Source: Alphaproteobacteria bacterium (lineage in GTDB: Bacteria > Pseudomonadota > Alphaproteobacteria > Bin95). From it: DNA of 64,000 bases. Below the pieces are notes generated by a model. The model saw only the letters and a program-made list of their open reading frames with translations. It did not search any database and had not been told where the DNA came from. This document shows, piece by piece, positions 27,574 to 36,648 of this stretch. Position 1 is the first letter of the stretch, and each line of letters begins with the position of its first letter. Made by a program: the position numbers and the translations under genes. The DNA lies in NCBI GenBank assembly GCA_965205265.1, contig CBDBGH010000003.1, positions 736,001-800,000 of the forward strand, written 5' to 3'.

Positions 27574-28259
27574 ATGGTCGGCGAGAACGCCTCCAAGGGT
27601 AGCCGGGCAGTAAAGGCGGCTGTCATCTGCACGACTCTTTTTGTGCTTTCCGCTTGTCTTCCGGAAGACGGAGAAAGCAGGAGCGGATCGAATCTGGAGG
27701 AAGACAGGTCCCAAAAGGCAAAATTCGAAGGGCAGTACAAGGGCGGCAAACGCCACGGACGGGGCGTTCTGAGATTTGCCAACGGCGACCGCTATGAGGG
27801 CGGGTTTGTGGATGGGGAAATTAGTGGGAAGGGAGTGCTGTATCTGGCCAACGGGACATCTATGCCAGCGACAACGGGTTCGGCCCTGACGGGTTGGAAG
27901 GATGCGGCGTATATATCGGATCGAACGGACATCGCTACAGGGGAGAGTTTCAGGGTGGAAGGTTCCACGGCCGGGGGACTTACGAGGGGAACGACGGCAC
28001 AGGGACGACCTGCGACTGGAATGCAGGCGGTCGCGTCGAAGCGACCTGCCTGGCGCATCCCGCGGTCGGAATCGGAACGAAGAAGAAGGGCGAGGGCGTT
28101 TGCGGCTCCCTTGGCGACAACAATATTCTGAGTACGGAAAGAAGGCGGATGGAACGGGAGTGCCGGGAACGGTTCGGCGAAAATTCCGCTCGACACAAGG
28201 AATGCCACGGAAGGATACGGTCCGCCGTCTTGTCGAACCTGCGGGCACGGGAGAGGTAG
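27574..28259 (+). pseudogene. MORN-repeat lipoprotein paralog with a single-base frameshift at ~27853-27855
   Basis: Lipobox LSAC. Adding one G to GGG joins the 27574 ORF with the 27894 ORF into a protein colinear with the C-terminal module of the upstream gene. Confidence 0.75.
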
Positions 28260-28356
28260 CGGGAGGTTCGCGGCGAACCGGCGGTATGCACGCCCGCTTG
28301 CAGGCGGGGCGGGACCGCCTATCCTGCCCCGGCGCCGGTTGGGGAGGGGGCCGATC

Positions 28357-29484
28357 ATGAACCGACCGCTCGAAGGGTTGCTGGTGGTGAGCCTGGAGCA
28401 GGCCGTGGCGGCGCCGTTCCTGACGGCAAGGCTCGCGGATGCCGGCGCGCGTGTCATCAAGCTCGAACGAAAGGAAGGCGATTTTGCGCGCGGCTACGAC
28501 AACTATGTGCGCGGCAGCTCCACCTATTTCGTCTATCTCAACCGGGGCAAGCAGTCGCTCGTTATCGACATCAAGGACGGGGACGACCGCGCGCTGCTCC
28601 ACCGCATCCTCGCATCCGCCGATGTCTGGGTGCAGAACCTGGCGCCGGGCGCGGTGGAGCGCGCGGGTTTCGGCTCCGCAGAGCTGCGCGCCCGCTATCC
28701 CCGCCTCATCACCGTCGATATTTCCGGCTATGGCGAGACCGGGCCGCCCTACGACCGGATGAAGGCCTACGACATGCTGGTGCAGGCGGAAAGCGGCGTG
28801 GCGTCGGTGACGGGATCGGAGGCGGAGCCCGGACGGATCGGCGTCTCCGCCTGCGATATCGCGACCGGCATGTTCAGCCATGCCGCCGTGCTGGAGGCGC
28901 TCATCAAGCGCGGCATCGACGGCAAGGGTTCCGCGATCAAGGCGTCTCTCTTCGCCTCGATGGCGGACTGGATGTCCGCGCCGCTGATGTGGCACGAATA
29001 TGCGGACCGCGTCTGGCCGCGCATGGCGCTGCGCCACCCGGCGCTGGTGCCCTACGGCGCCTTCGAGACCTCCGACGGCCACCGGGTGATGATCGCCTGC
29101 CAGAACGACCGCGAATGGCGGCGCTTCGCCGAAACGGTGCTGGAGCGCCCGGACCTCGCCGCCGCGCCGGAATACGCGACCCAGGTCGCGCGGGTCGAGA
29201 ACCGCAAAGAGGTCGAGGCGGTGCTGGAAGGGATCCTGGGCGCGCTCGACCGCGAAACCCTGCGCGCGCGGCTGGCGGCGGCCGATGTCGCCTTCGGCAG
29301 CGTGAACACGGTGGCCGACCTCTCGGAGCACCCGGCCTTGCGCCGCGTGGAGATCGGCACGCCGGGCGGACCCGTCAGCCATGTCGCGCCGGCGGTCTAT
29401 TTCGACGAAGAGCCCCGGGAATACGGGCCGATCCCGGAGGTGGACGAACACGGCGCCCGGATCCGGGAGGAATTCTCGCCATGA
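28357..29484 (+). CDS. Family III CoA-transferase, itaconate CoA-transferase-like
   Basis: PLEGLLVVSLEQAVAAPF...LADAGARVIKLER.EGDFARGYD, YLNRGKQS, QNLAPGA, KAYDMLVQAESG. Confidence 0.85.
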   Translation: MNRPLEGLLVVSLEQAVAAPFLTARLADAGARVIKLERKEGDFARGYDNYVRGSSTYFVYLNRGKQSLVIDIKDGDDRALLHRILASADVWVQNLAPGAVERAGFGSAELRARYPRLITVDISGYGETGPPYDRMKAYDMLVQAESGVASVTGSEAEPGRIGVSACDIATGMFSHAAVLEALIKRGIDGKGSAIKASLFASMADWMSAPLMWHEYADRVWPRMALRHPALVPYGAFETSDGHRVMIACQNDREWRRFAETVLERPDLAAAPEYATQVARVENRKEVEAVLEGILGALDRETLRARLAAADVAFGSVNTVADLSEHPALRRVEIGTPGGPVSHVAPAVYFDEEPREYGPIPEVDEHGARIREEFSP

Positions 29485-30356
29485 CCCACACTGCCGCAGA
29501 CCTGGAGTTTCTGCGCGACGCCATCGGCAATACCGAGGAAAGCCGCGACTTCGCCTCGCCCATGCAGATCCACGGCCTCGCCGCCCTGCTCGACAAGCCG
29601 GACGTGCCGCAGATGGGCGATCCCATCGGGCCGATGGGCCACTGGTGCTATTTCTACCCGCGCGTGCCGGCGTCGGGCATCGGCGCGGACGGCCATCCCG
29701 AGCGCGGCGGCTTCCTGCCCCCCACGCCCCTGCCGCGCCGCATGTTCGGCGGCTGCCGCACGACATACCGCCAGGATGTGCTGGTCGGCGAGGAGATCGT
29801 CCGCAAGGGGCGGATCAAGGATGTGGCGATCAAGGACGGGCGCACGGGGCTTCTCGTCATCGTCACGGTCGCTTACGGGATCGAGAGCCCGCGCGGACTC
29901 TGCATCGAGGAAGAGCATGACATCGTCTATCGCGACAACCCGCCGGCCGAAGCCGCCGACAGCCGGGGAAACAGCGGCCGGACGGGCAATGCGCCGACCG
30001 ACCACGCCTTCATCCGGGAAATCGTGCCCGACCCGGTGATGTTGTTCCGCTACTCGGCCGTCACCTTCAACGGCCACCGCATCCACTACGACCGCAAATA
30101 TGTGACCGAGGTCGAGGGTTATCCAGGCCTGATCGTCCACGGGCCGCTGACCACGACCCACATGCTGGAGCTCGGCATGGCGCAGATGCCGGGGCGGCGC
30201 GTGGCCCGCTACGACTTCCAGGCCCGCGCCCCGCTGTTCGATGTCGCGCCCTTCAAGGTCGCCGGCAAACCGGGGGACGACGGCGCCAGCCAGACCCTCT
30301 GGTCGGTAACGCCGGAAGGCAATCTCGGCACCATCGCCACCGCCGTTTACGACTGA
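29481..30356 (+). CDS. Itaconyl-CoA / mesaconyl-C4-CoA hydratase-like (double hot-dog MaoC/HTD2)
   Basis: IGADGHPERGGFLPP..PRRMFGG, EEHDIVYR, LFRYSAVTFNGHRIHYD, EGYPGLIVHGPL; ATGA overlap with the upstream gene. Confidence 0.85.
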   Translation: MTHTAADLEFLRDAIGNTEESRDFASPMQIHGLAALLDKPDVPQMGDPIGPMGHWCYFYPRVPASGIGADGHPERGGFLPPTPLPRRMFGGCRTTYRQDVLVGEEIVRKGRIKDVAIKDGRTGLLVIVTVAYGIESPRGLCIEEEHDIVYRDNPPAEAADSRGNSGRTGNAPTDHAFIREIVPDPVMLFRYSAVTFNGHRIHYDRKYVTEVEGYPGLIVHGPLTTTHMLELGMAQMPGRRVARYDFQARAPLFDVAPFKVAGKPGDDGASQTLWSVTPEGNLGTIATAVYD

Positions 30357-31876
30357 TCCTTCGCCGTTTCGCCGGCGCGGAAGCAGGCGGTGCGCACGCC
30401 GCCGCGCCTGGTCTTGACCGCAATCGCGACCCGGCGCCCGTATTCCCGGTCCGCGCGGCAGAAATGGGCGAGGGAGCGGCAGACGATGGCGTCGCCGATT
30501 TGGGTGCGCTGCACCTGCGACAGCGACTCGGCGATAGCGGCGGTGAGACGGTCCTTTTCGTCCTCCGACATGAGCCGGTAGAGGTCGCCCGCCTGCATGA
30601 AGTCGTCCACTTCGCGCGCCTCGGGACCGTAGCTGCCGGAGAAGCCGCGGGCCTCCATGCCGGCATAGGGCGGCTCGCCCGCCTCGACCGGGCCGCCGAA
30701 GCTGTTCGGCTCGTAATTCGCCGCCCGGCCGCCATTGTCGTCGAAGCGCATGGCGCCGTCGCGCCCGTAATTCATTCCCTGGGCGAAGAGCAGGCCGCGC
30801 GGGCTGTTCACCGGCAGGCGGGTGTGGTTGACGCCGAGCCTGTAGCGGTGGGCGTCGCCATAGGCGAACAGGCGCGCCTGGAGCATCCTGTCGGGGCTCG
30901 GCCCTACGCCCGGCACCATGCGGCCGGGGTCGAAAGCCGACTGCTCCACCTCGGCGAAATAGTTGTCGGGAAGCCGGTTGAGCGTCAGCCGCCCGACCTC
31001 CATCGGCGGGTAGTCCTTGTGGGGCCAGACCTTGGTGGGGTCGAAGGGATCGATCCGGTAACCGGCCGCGTCGATCTCCGGCATGACCTGCACCTCGAGG
31101 GTCCAGGACGGGTGGTTGCCCCGCTCGATGGCCCGGTAGAGGTCGTGCTGCAGATGCCGGGGGTCCTCGCCCGCAATCCGCGCCGCCTCCTCCGCCGTCA
31201 GGCATGCGACGCCCTGGTCGGTCTTGAAGTGGAACTTCACCCAGACGCGCCCGCCGGCGGCGTCGATCCACTGGAAGGCGTGGGAGCCGTAGCCGTTCAT
31301 GTGCCGCCAGCTGCGTGGCAGGCCCCGGTCGCCGAACAGCCAGGTGAACAGGTGCGTGGCTTCCGGCGAATGGGAGAAGAAGTCCCACACGCTGTCGGCC
31401 TCCTGGCGGTCGGTATGCGGATCGGTCTTCTGCGAGTGTATGAGGTCCGGCAACTTCAGCGGGTCGCGGATGAAGAACACCGGCGTGTTGTTGCCGGCGA
31501 GGTCCCAATTGCCGTCTTCGGTGTAGAACTTGACGGCGAAGCCGCGCGGGTCGCGCACGGTATCGGCCGCGCCCCTGGAGCCGGCGAATGTGGAGAATCG
31601 CACGAAGACCTCGGTGCGCTTGCCGGCCTTCGCGAACATGCGCATTTTCGTCCACCGCTCCGCATCCGGATTGGTGACTTCGAAGACGCCATAGGCGCCG
31701 GAACCCACCGCATGAACGACCCGTTCCGGGATGCGTTCGCGGTTGAAGCGGGCGAGCTTCTCGATCAGGTGCCGGTCCTGGAGCAGGAGCGGGCCGCGGG
31801 GGTCTGCGCTCCGGCTGTTCCGGTTGTCGGCCGCCGGAGCTCCGGACTCCGCGGTGAGGTCGCTGGAACTGCGCAT
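30347..31876 (-). CDS. katA: Monofunctional heme catalase
   Basis: FNRERIPERVVHA, RDPRGFAVKFYTEDGNWD, GNNTPVFFIRD, RLFAYGDAHRYRLG. Confidence 0.93.
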   Translation of the reverse strand: MRSSSDLTAESGAPAADNRNSRSADPRGPLLLQDRHLIEKLARFNRERIPERVVHAVGSGAYGVFEVTNPDAERWTKMRMFAKAGKRTEVFVRFSTFAGSRGAADTVRDPRGFAVKFYTEDGNWDLAGNNTPVFFIRDPLKLPDLIHSQKTDPHTDRQEADSVWDFFSHSPEATHLFTWLFGDRGLPRSWRHMNGYGSHAFQWIDAAGGRVWVKFHFKTDQGVACLTAEEAARIAGEDPRHLQHDLYRAIERGNHPSWTLEVQVMPEIDAAGYRIDPFDPTKVWPHKDYPPMEVGRLTLNRLPDNYFAEVEQSAFDPGRMVPGVGPSPDRMLQARLFAYGDAHRYRLGVNHTRLPVNSPRGLLFAQGMNYGRDGAMRFDDNGGRAANYEPNSFGGPVEAGEPPYAGMEARGFSGSYGPEAREVDDFMQAGDLYRLMSEDEKDRLTAAIAESLSQVQRTQIGDAIVCRSLAHFCRADREYGRRVAIAVKTRRGGVRTACFRAGETAKDQS

Positions 31877-31956
31877 GTCGTCTTGCGCCTCCTCATATCG
31901 ATGTCGTTCCGCCGAAGCGTTGCGAGCATGATTCCGGGGGCGCGGCGACAATTCCA

Positions 31957-31993
31957 ATGCAATATTCTTATTTATACAATAAATTATTCCTAT
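31957..31993 (-). promoter_or_regulatory. OxyR-like binding site upstream of catalase
   Basis: Minus strand reads ATAG-N7-TTAT-N7-ATAA-N7-GCAT, matching the ATAG-N7-CTAT-N7-ATAG-N7-CTAT spacing, in an isolated AT-rich patch. Confidence 0.65.
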
Positions 31994-32019
31994 AGCCAAA
32001 TGCCGCAAGAAGGAAACGG

Positions 32020-32466
32020 TCAGCCCGTCTCCCGCCAGCGCTCGCGCGCTGCATCGTCACCGGCGCGGGCAGTGACCCAGCGTTCGCCGTCCGCGCCCTC
32101 CTCGCGCTTCCAGAAGGGCGCTTCGGTCTTGAGCCAGTCCATCAGGAAATTGCAGCTGTCGAAGGCGGCCTGGCGGTGCGCCGAGGCGGTGATCGTCAAC
32201 ACGATGGGGTCGCCCGGCTCCAGCCGCCCGTAGCGGTGGACGATCAACGACGCTTCCAGCGGCCAGCGCCGGTGCGCCTCGGCGTCGATGAGTTCCAGCT
32301 GGCGCTCCGTCATGCCGGGATAGTGCTCCAGCGTCATGGAGCGCAGCCCGCCCGGGTCGCGCACCAGCCCGACGAAACTGGCGACGCCGCCGATGCGCGT
32401 GTTGCCGGCGGTGAGCGCGGCGATCTCGCGCCCGACATCGAAGGCTTCGCGCTGGACCCGTATCAT
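32020..32466 (-). CDS. moaE: Molybdopterin synthase catalytic subunit
   Basis: MIRVQREAFD, FVGLVR, LEHYPGMTE, HRYGRL, MDWLKTEAPFWKRE. Confidence 0.93.
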   Translation of the reverse strand: MIRVQREAFDVGREIAALTAGNTRIGGVASFVGLVRDPGGLRSMTLEHYPGMTERQLELIDAEAHRRWPLEASLIVHRYGRLEPGDPIVLTITASAHRQAAFDSCNFLMDWLKTEAPFWKREEGADGERWVTARAGDDAARERWRETG

Positions 32467-32471
32467 CCCTG

Positions 32472-32723
32472 TCAACCTCCGGTAACGGGGGGAAAGAAGG
32501 CCACCTCGTCGCCGGGGCCGACGGGCGTGTCGGCTTCGGCGAAGTCCCGGTTGACCGCGGCACGGACGACCGAGCGGTCGGCGAAGACCTCCGCCTGGCT
32601 CGCGTTCTGCGCCGCCAGCCAGTCGATCAGCGCGCCGACGGTGGCGATGCCGGAGGGGGGCGAGACCTGCCATTCCGACATGCCGGCCTTGTCGCGCAAC
32701 CAGGCGAAATAGAGGATCTTCAA
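32472..32723 (-). CDS. moaD: Molybdopterin synthase sulfur carrier subunit
   Basis: KILYFAWLR...DEVAFFPPVTGG (C-terminal GG). Confidence 0.93.
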   Translation of the reverse strand: MKILYFAWLRDKAGMSEWQVSPPSGIATVGALIDWLAAQNASQAEVFADRSVVRAAVNRDFAEADTPVGPGDEVAFFPPVTGG

Positions 32724-33232
32724 ACCTGCAACTCCAGCCGCTCGACGATGAAATCGGCGATGGCGTCCGGATCGTCAAGGTCGAGAGCCGGGAGGCCGTC
32801 CGCGCGGACGCGCTCCGCGGTCTTCCCGTCGCATGCGACCGCAACCACATCGGGATCGTCCGGCCAGAGCGCCTCGGCCTCCACGGTCGCGCGGTGAACC
32901 ACCAGCTTGGGATGCGGCTCGCGCTTGTAGCCCTCGACCAGCACGAGGTCCACGGGCGAGAGCCGGGCAAGCAGTTCGGCCAGCGGCGGCTCGGCCTCCC
33001 CGCGCAGCTCCCGCATCAGCGCCCAGCGCCGGCCGGACGCCACCAGCACTTCCCGGGCGCCTGCCTGCCGGTGTTCCCAGGAATCCTTGCCGGGCTTGTC
33101 CACGTCGAAATTATGGTGCGCATGCTTGACGGTGGAGACCGAAACGCCGCGCTGCCCGAGCGCCGGAATGAGCTTGAGCACGAGCGTGGTCTTGCCGCTG
33201 CCGCTCCAGCCCGCAATGCCGAGCGCCTTCAT
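32720..33232 (-). CDS. mobB: Molybdopterin-guanine dinucleotide biosynthesis protein B
   Basis: GWSGSGKTTL, STVKHAHHNFDVDKPGKDSWEHR.AGA, DLVLVEGYKRE. Confidence 0.92.
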   Translation of the reverse strand: MKALGIAGWSGSGKTTLVLKLIPALGQRGVSVSTVKHAHHNFDVDKPGKDSWEHRQAGAREVLVASGRRWALMRELRGEAEPPLAELLARLSPVDLVLVEGYKREPHPKLVVHRATVEAEALWPDDPDVVAVACDGKTAERVRADGLPALDLDDPDAIADFIVERLELQV

Positions 33233-33756
33233 CCGGCAGCGCCCAGCGCCTTGCGGACATAGCCGGCGCCTGTCCAGAGCGTGATCGCGGCGGCAACCCA
33301 GAGCAGCACGACGCCGGCTCCGTGCGTCGCCGGGGGCAGACCGGGGCTGGCGATCAGCAGGGTCAGCGCCGCCATCTGCGCCGCCGACTTGTATTTCGCG
33401 ACGCGGGTGACCGGCAGCGCGCCGGCGCCCGCCGCCTCGCGCAGGCCGGAAACGACGAATTCGCGCACCAGGATGAGCGCGGCGGCGAGCGTGCCCCAAA
33501 CCCCGAGCCCGCCAAGCCCGGCCAGCAGCAGCGCCGTGCCGTTGACCAACACCTTGTCGGCGATCGGGTCGATGGTTGCGCCGAAGGCGGTCGTTTTGCC
33601 CTGCTGCCGGGCGATGTAGCCGTCGAGCAGGTCGGTTGCGGCTGCGGCGACGAAGAGCGCCGCCGCCCACCAGCTCTCGCCCGTGGCGAGCAGGATCGCG
33701 AGCGGCACAAGGGCTGCGATGCGCGAGAGGCTCAACAGGTTCGGCAGGCTAGGCAT
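33229..33756 (-). CDS. pgsA: CDP-diacylglycerol--glycerol-3-phosphate phosphatidyltransferase
   Basis: LPNLLSLSRI, TDLLDGYIAR...TAFGATIDPIADK, REFVVSGLRE; next to moaD/moaE as usual. Confidence 0.85.
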   Translation of the reverse strand: MPSLPNLLSLSRIAALVPLAILLATGESWWAAALFVAAAATDLLDGYIARQQGKTTAFGATIDPIADKVLVNGTALLLAGLGGLGVWGTLAAALILVREFVVSGLREAAGAGALPVTRVAKYKSAAQMAALTLLIASPGLPPATHGAGVVLLWVAAAITLWTGAGYVRKALGAAG

Positions 33757-33841
33757 GGGTCACGGAATCGGCGCCCGGATACGCGCACCGAGTATGCGCC
33801 CGCTACCCGCTTCGACGCAAGGACAAGCGGGGGTTGCGGCC

Positions 33842-34080
33842 AGGGCAATCGCTTTTGGAGATTTGCGAGCAGGGCGCATGACCGGGATTCAACCGGGTTT
33901 CGAGGGGGCCGGTCATATCCCCATCCCGTCATACCCGGACTTGTTCCGGGTATCCATACGGCCGCCCGGCGGAGCCGCTTGAGAGAGATACCCGGAACAA
34001 GTCCGGGTATGACGGAGGAGCCTGTCCTGAGCTTGTCGAAGGGGGCGTTCGGGCATGACAAATCCGAAAGCGATTGCCCT
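33842..34080. mobile_element. MITE-like element (239 bp) with terminal inverted repeats and 12-bp flanking direct repeats
   Basis: TIRs AGGGCAATCGCTTT / AAAGCGATTGCCCT (perfect 14 bp, imperfectly extendable); GGGGTTGCGGCC at 33830-33841 and 34081-34092 abuts both ends. Confidence 0.75.
33926..34015. repeat. REP/RPE-like doublet inside the MITE
   Basis: CCGTCATACCCGGACTTGTTCCGGGTATC and its exact reverse complement GATACCCGGAACAAGTCCGGGTATGACGG (29 bp). Confidence 0.85.
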
Positions 34081-34111
34081 GGGGTTGCGGCCGATCCGGG
34101 CGGACGGGGCT

Positions 34112-35122
34112 CTAAAGATGCGGGATCACATCCCGGCCGAAGCGTTCTATGGCTGTCACGATCTCACGGTGCGGCGGGCCGCCGGAATGGGCGTGCCGGA
34201 GCCGCAGGATGAAGCTGTTCACGCCGAGGGCGTCCGACCAGCGCCTGAACTCGGCGATGCAGGTTTCCGGCGCGCCGGCGATGATCCGGTCCTTCCAGAT
34301 ATTCTCGAACCGGAGTTCGGCTTCCGATGCGAAGCCGCGAAAGGCGGTAGCGCCGTTGCGCCAGTAATAGCCATAGGCGGCGGAAACTTCCGGGCCGTAG
34401 ATGCGGGCCGCCTGCTCGAAGCTGTCCGCGACCCAGGCATCGCGCATGAGCACGAGCTGCGGCGCCCTTCCGGCGGCTTCTGCGGCGGCGCGGTAACGAT
34501 CCGCCAGAGCCCGGTTCTCCTCCAGCGTGAAGGAGGGGCCCAGAACCAGCGCATCGCCCAGCCGCCCGGCGCGCTCGACGGCCGCCGGCACCCATCCTCC
34601 GACCCAGATCGGTATACCCGGCTTCTGCAATGGGGGCGGCGTCACGCGCACGCCGTCGATCTCGAAGGACCGGCCGCGGTGCCGGACCGGCTCGCCGGTC
34701 CAGGCCTGGCGCAGGATTGCCACGGATTCCTCGAAGCGGGGCACCCGCTCGCGCCTGTCGATGCCGGCCGCGCGGAAATCCGCATCCTGGTAGCCGAGGC
34801 CGACGCCGAGAACGGTCCGCCCTCCGGAGACGATGTCGAGCACCGCTGCATCCTCGGCGACCCGGACCGGGTGGTGCAGGGGGAGCAGCAGCACGGCGGT
34901 CCCGACCCGGATGCGGCGGGTGCGCGCCGCAATGGCCGCCAATACCACGAAAGGCGAGGGCAGGAAGCCGTCCTTGTCCTGATGATGCTCTCCGACGAAG
35001 AAGCCGGCGAACCCGGCCGCTTCCGCCGCCTCCGCTTCCTGCACAGCCTCCGCCATGCAGCGGTCGAGGTTGTCGCCGCGGGGCGGATTGGCGATGGAAC
35101 TGTAAATCGAGAGCTCGATCAT
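34112..35122 (-). CDS. LLM-class flavin-dependent oxidoreductase
   Basis: FVGEHH, PSPFVVLAAIAART, LPLHHPVRVAEDAAVLD.VSGGR, GVGLGY. Confidence 0.9.
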   Translation of the reverse strand: MIELSIYSSIANPPRGDNLDRCMAEAVQEAEAAEAAGFAGFFVGEHHQDKDGFLPSPFVVLAAIAARTRRIRVGTAVLLLPLHHPVRVAEDAAVLDIVSGGRTVLGVGLGYQDADFRAAGIDRRERVPRFEESVAILRQAWTGEPVRHRGRSFEIDGVRVTPPPLQKPGIPIWVGGWVPAAVERAGRLGDALVLGPSFTLEENRALADRYRAAAEAAGRAPQLVLMRDAWVADSFEQAARIYGPEVSAAYGYYWRNGATAFRGFASEAELRFENIWKDRIIAGAPETCIAEFRRWSDALGVNSFILRLRHAHSGGPPHREIVTAIERFGRDVIPHL

Positions 35123-35260
35123 GCGGACATTTTCCTGAAAATCGCTGCAGGACAAAAGCGTGGGGGAGGGAAGCACGAATCGCGCGGGCCGGCCAGAAAA
35201 TCGCGGGCGGGCGCGTCTCCGGATTGACCCGGCGGGCGCATCGTGTTTCCTTGCCGCATC

Positions 35261-35584
35261 ATGTCGACACGTAGCGAAACGCAGCGTCTGTTGAAGCTGG
35301 CGGTCGGTCCGGTGGCGGCTGCCTGCGTTGCCGTTTATTTCGGTTACCACGCCCTGGTGGGGGAGCATGGCGCGTTGTCGCTGATGGAGATCGAGCGCCG
35401 GATTACCGAGGTCCAGGCCCGGCACGATGTACTCGTGCAGCATCGCGACCGCCTTGAGTTGCGCGCCGCCCAGCTCAAGCAGGACCCGGCCGATGCCGAC
35501 CTGCTCGACGAATATGTCCGCGCCCTGCTGCATGTGGGGCGGCCGGACGAAATCGTCATCCTGCTGGATACGGAAACAGGGTGA
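35261..35584 (+). CDS. ftsB: Septum formation initiator FtsB/DivIC family
   Basis: YFGYHAL.GEHG, coiled coil, DLLDEYVR.LL..GRPDEIVI; directly upstream of pdhA. Confidence 0.8.
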   Translation: MSTRSETQRLLKLAVGPVAAACVAVYFGYHALVGEHGALSLMEIERRITEVQARHDVLVQHRDRLELRAAQLKQDPADADLLDEYVRALLHVGRPDEIVILLDTETG

Positions 35585-35612
35585 ACGGGTTCCTGGAACG
35601 CGGAGGCCGGAC

Positions 35613-36644
35613 ATGAGCAGGCAGCCGTCGAAGAAGCGGGGCCGCGCATCGGCGAAGAGGAACGGGCGCGCCAACGGCGCCGCGCCGGATTCCGGCCGGC
35701 TGCTGCGCTGGTATCGGGACATGCTGCTGATCCGCCGCTTCGAGGAGCGGGCGGGGCAGATGTACGGCATGGGCCTGATCGGCGGCTTCTGCCACCTCTA
35801 TATCGGCCAGGAGGCGGTCGTCGTCGGCATTCAGGCCTGTCTCGGCGAGCGGGATTCCGTCGTCACCGGCTACCGGGACCACGGCCACATGCTGGCGGCG
35901 GGCATGGATGCGCGCGGCGTCATGGCTGAACTCACCGGCCGCGAGGGCGGCTATTCGCGCGGCAAGGGCGGCTCCATGCACATGTTCTCGCGGGAGAAGA
36001 ACTTCTTCGGCGGGCACGGTATCGTCGCTGCGCAGGTGCCCATCGGCGTCGGCCTCGGCTTCTCGCATCGCTACAGGGGCGAGGACGGCGTGTCGGTCGT
36101 CTATTTCGGCGACGGCGCGGCCAACCAGGGGCAGGTCTATGAGTCGCTCAATCTCGCTGCGCTCTGGGAACTCCCGGTGCTGTTCGTGATCGAAAACAAC
36201 AAATACGGCATGGGCACGGCGGTCTCGCGGGCGGCGGCCGGGTCCGGCCTCCACGCGCGGGGCAGCGGCTTCGGGATTCCGGGCAGGCTGGTGGACGGTA
36301 TGGATGTGCGCGCCGTCCATGCGGCCGCGAGCGAAGCGGTGGCCGAGGCGCGCAGCGGCAAGCCGGTCATTCTGGAGATGGAGACCTACCGCTATCGCGG
36401 GCATTCCATGTCGGACCCGGCGAAATACCGCACGCGCGAAGAGGTCAACCGGATGCGCCGCGACCGCGACCCCATCGAGAGGCTGCGCCATGTGCTGGAG
36501 AGCGAGGGCCATGCGGACGCCGATGCGCTGAAGGCCATCGACGCGGAGATCAGGGAGGTCGTCGCCGACGCCGCGCGGTTCGCCGAAGAGAGCCCGGAAC
36601 CGGACCCCTCCGAACTGCATACCGACGTTCTTCTGGAGGCATGA
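35613..36644 (+). CDS. pdhA: Pyruvate dehydrogenase E1 alpha subunit
   Basis: [42 protein letters not shown]. Confidence 0.95.
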   Translation: MSRQPSKKRGRASAKRNGRANGAAPDSGRLLRWYRDMLLIRRFEERAGQMYGMGLIGGFCHLYIGQEAVVVGIQACLGERDSVVTGYRDHGHMLAAGMDARGVMAELTGREGGYSRGKGGSMHMFSREKNFFGGHGIVAAQVPIGVGLGFSHRYRGEDGVSVVYFGDGAANQGQVYESLNLAALWELPVLFVIENNKYGMGTAVSRAAAGSGLHARGSGFGIPGRLVDGMDVRAVHAAASEAVAEARSGKPVILEMETYRYRGHSMSDPAKYRTREEVNRMRRDRDPIERLRHVLESEGHADADALKAIDAEIREVVADAARFAEESPEPDPSELHTDVLLEA

Positions 36645-36648
36645 CGCG

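Noticed and set aside
26400-28000. Periodic repeats as a possible CRISPR array
   Set aside because: They are degenerate in-frame MORN coding repeats, not identical repeats with unique spacers.
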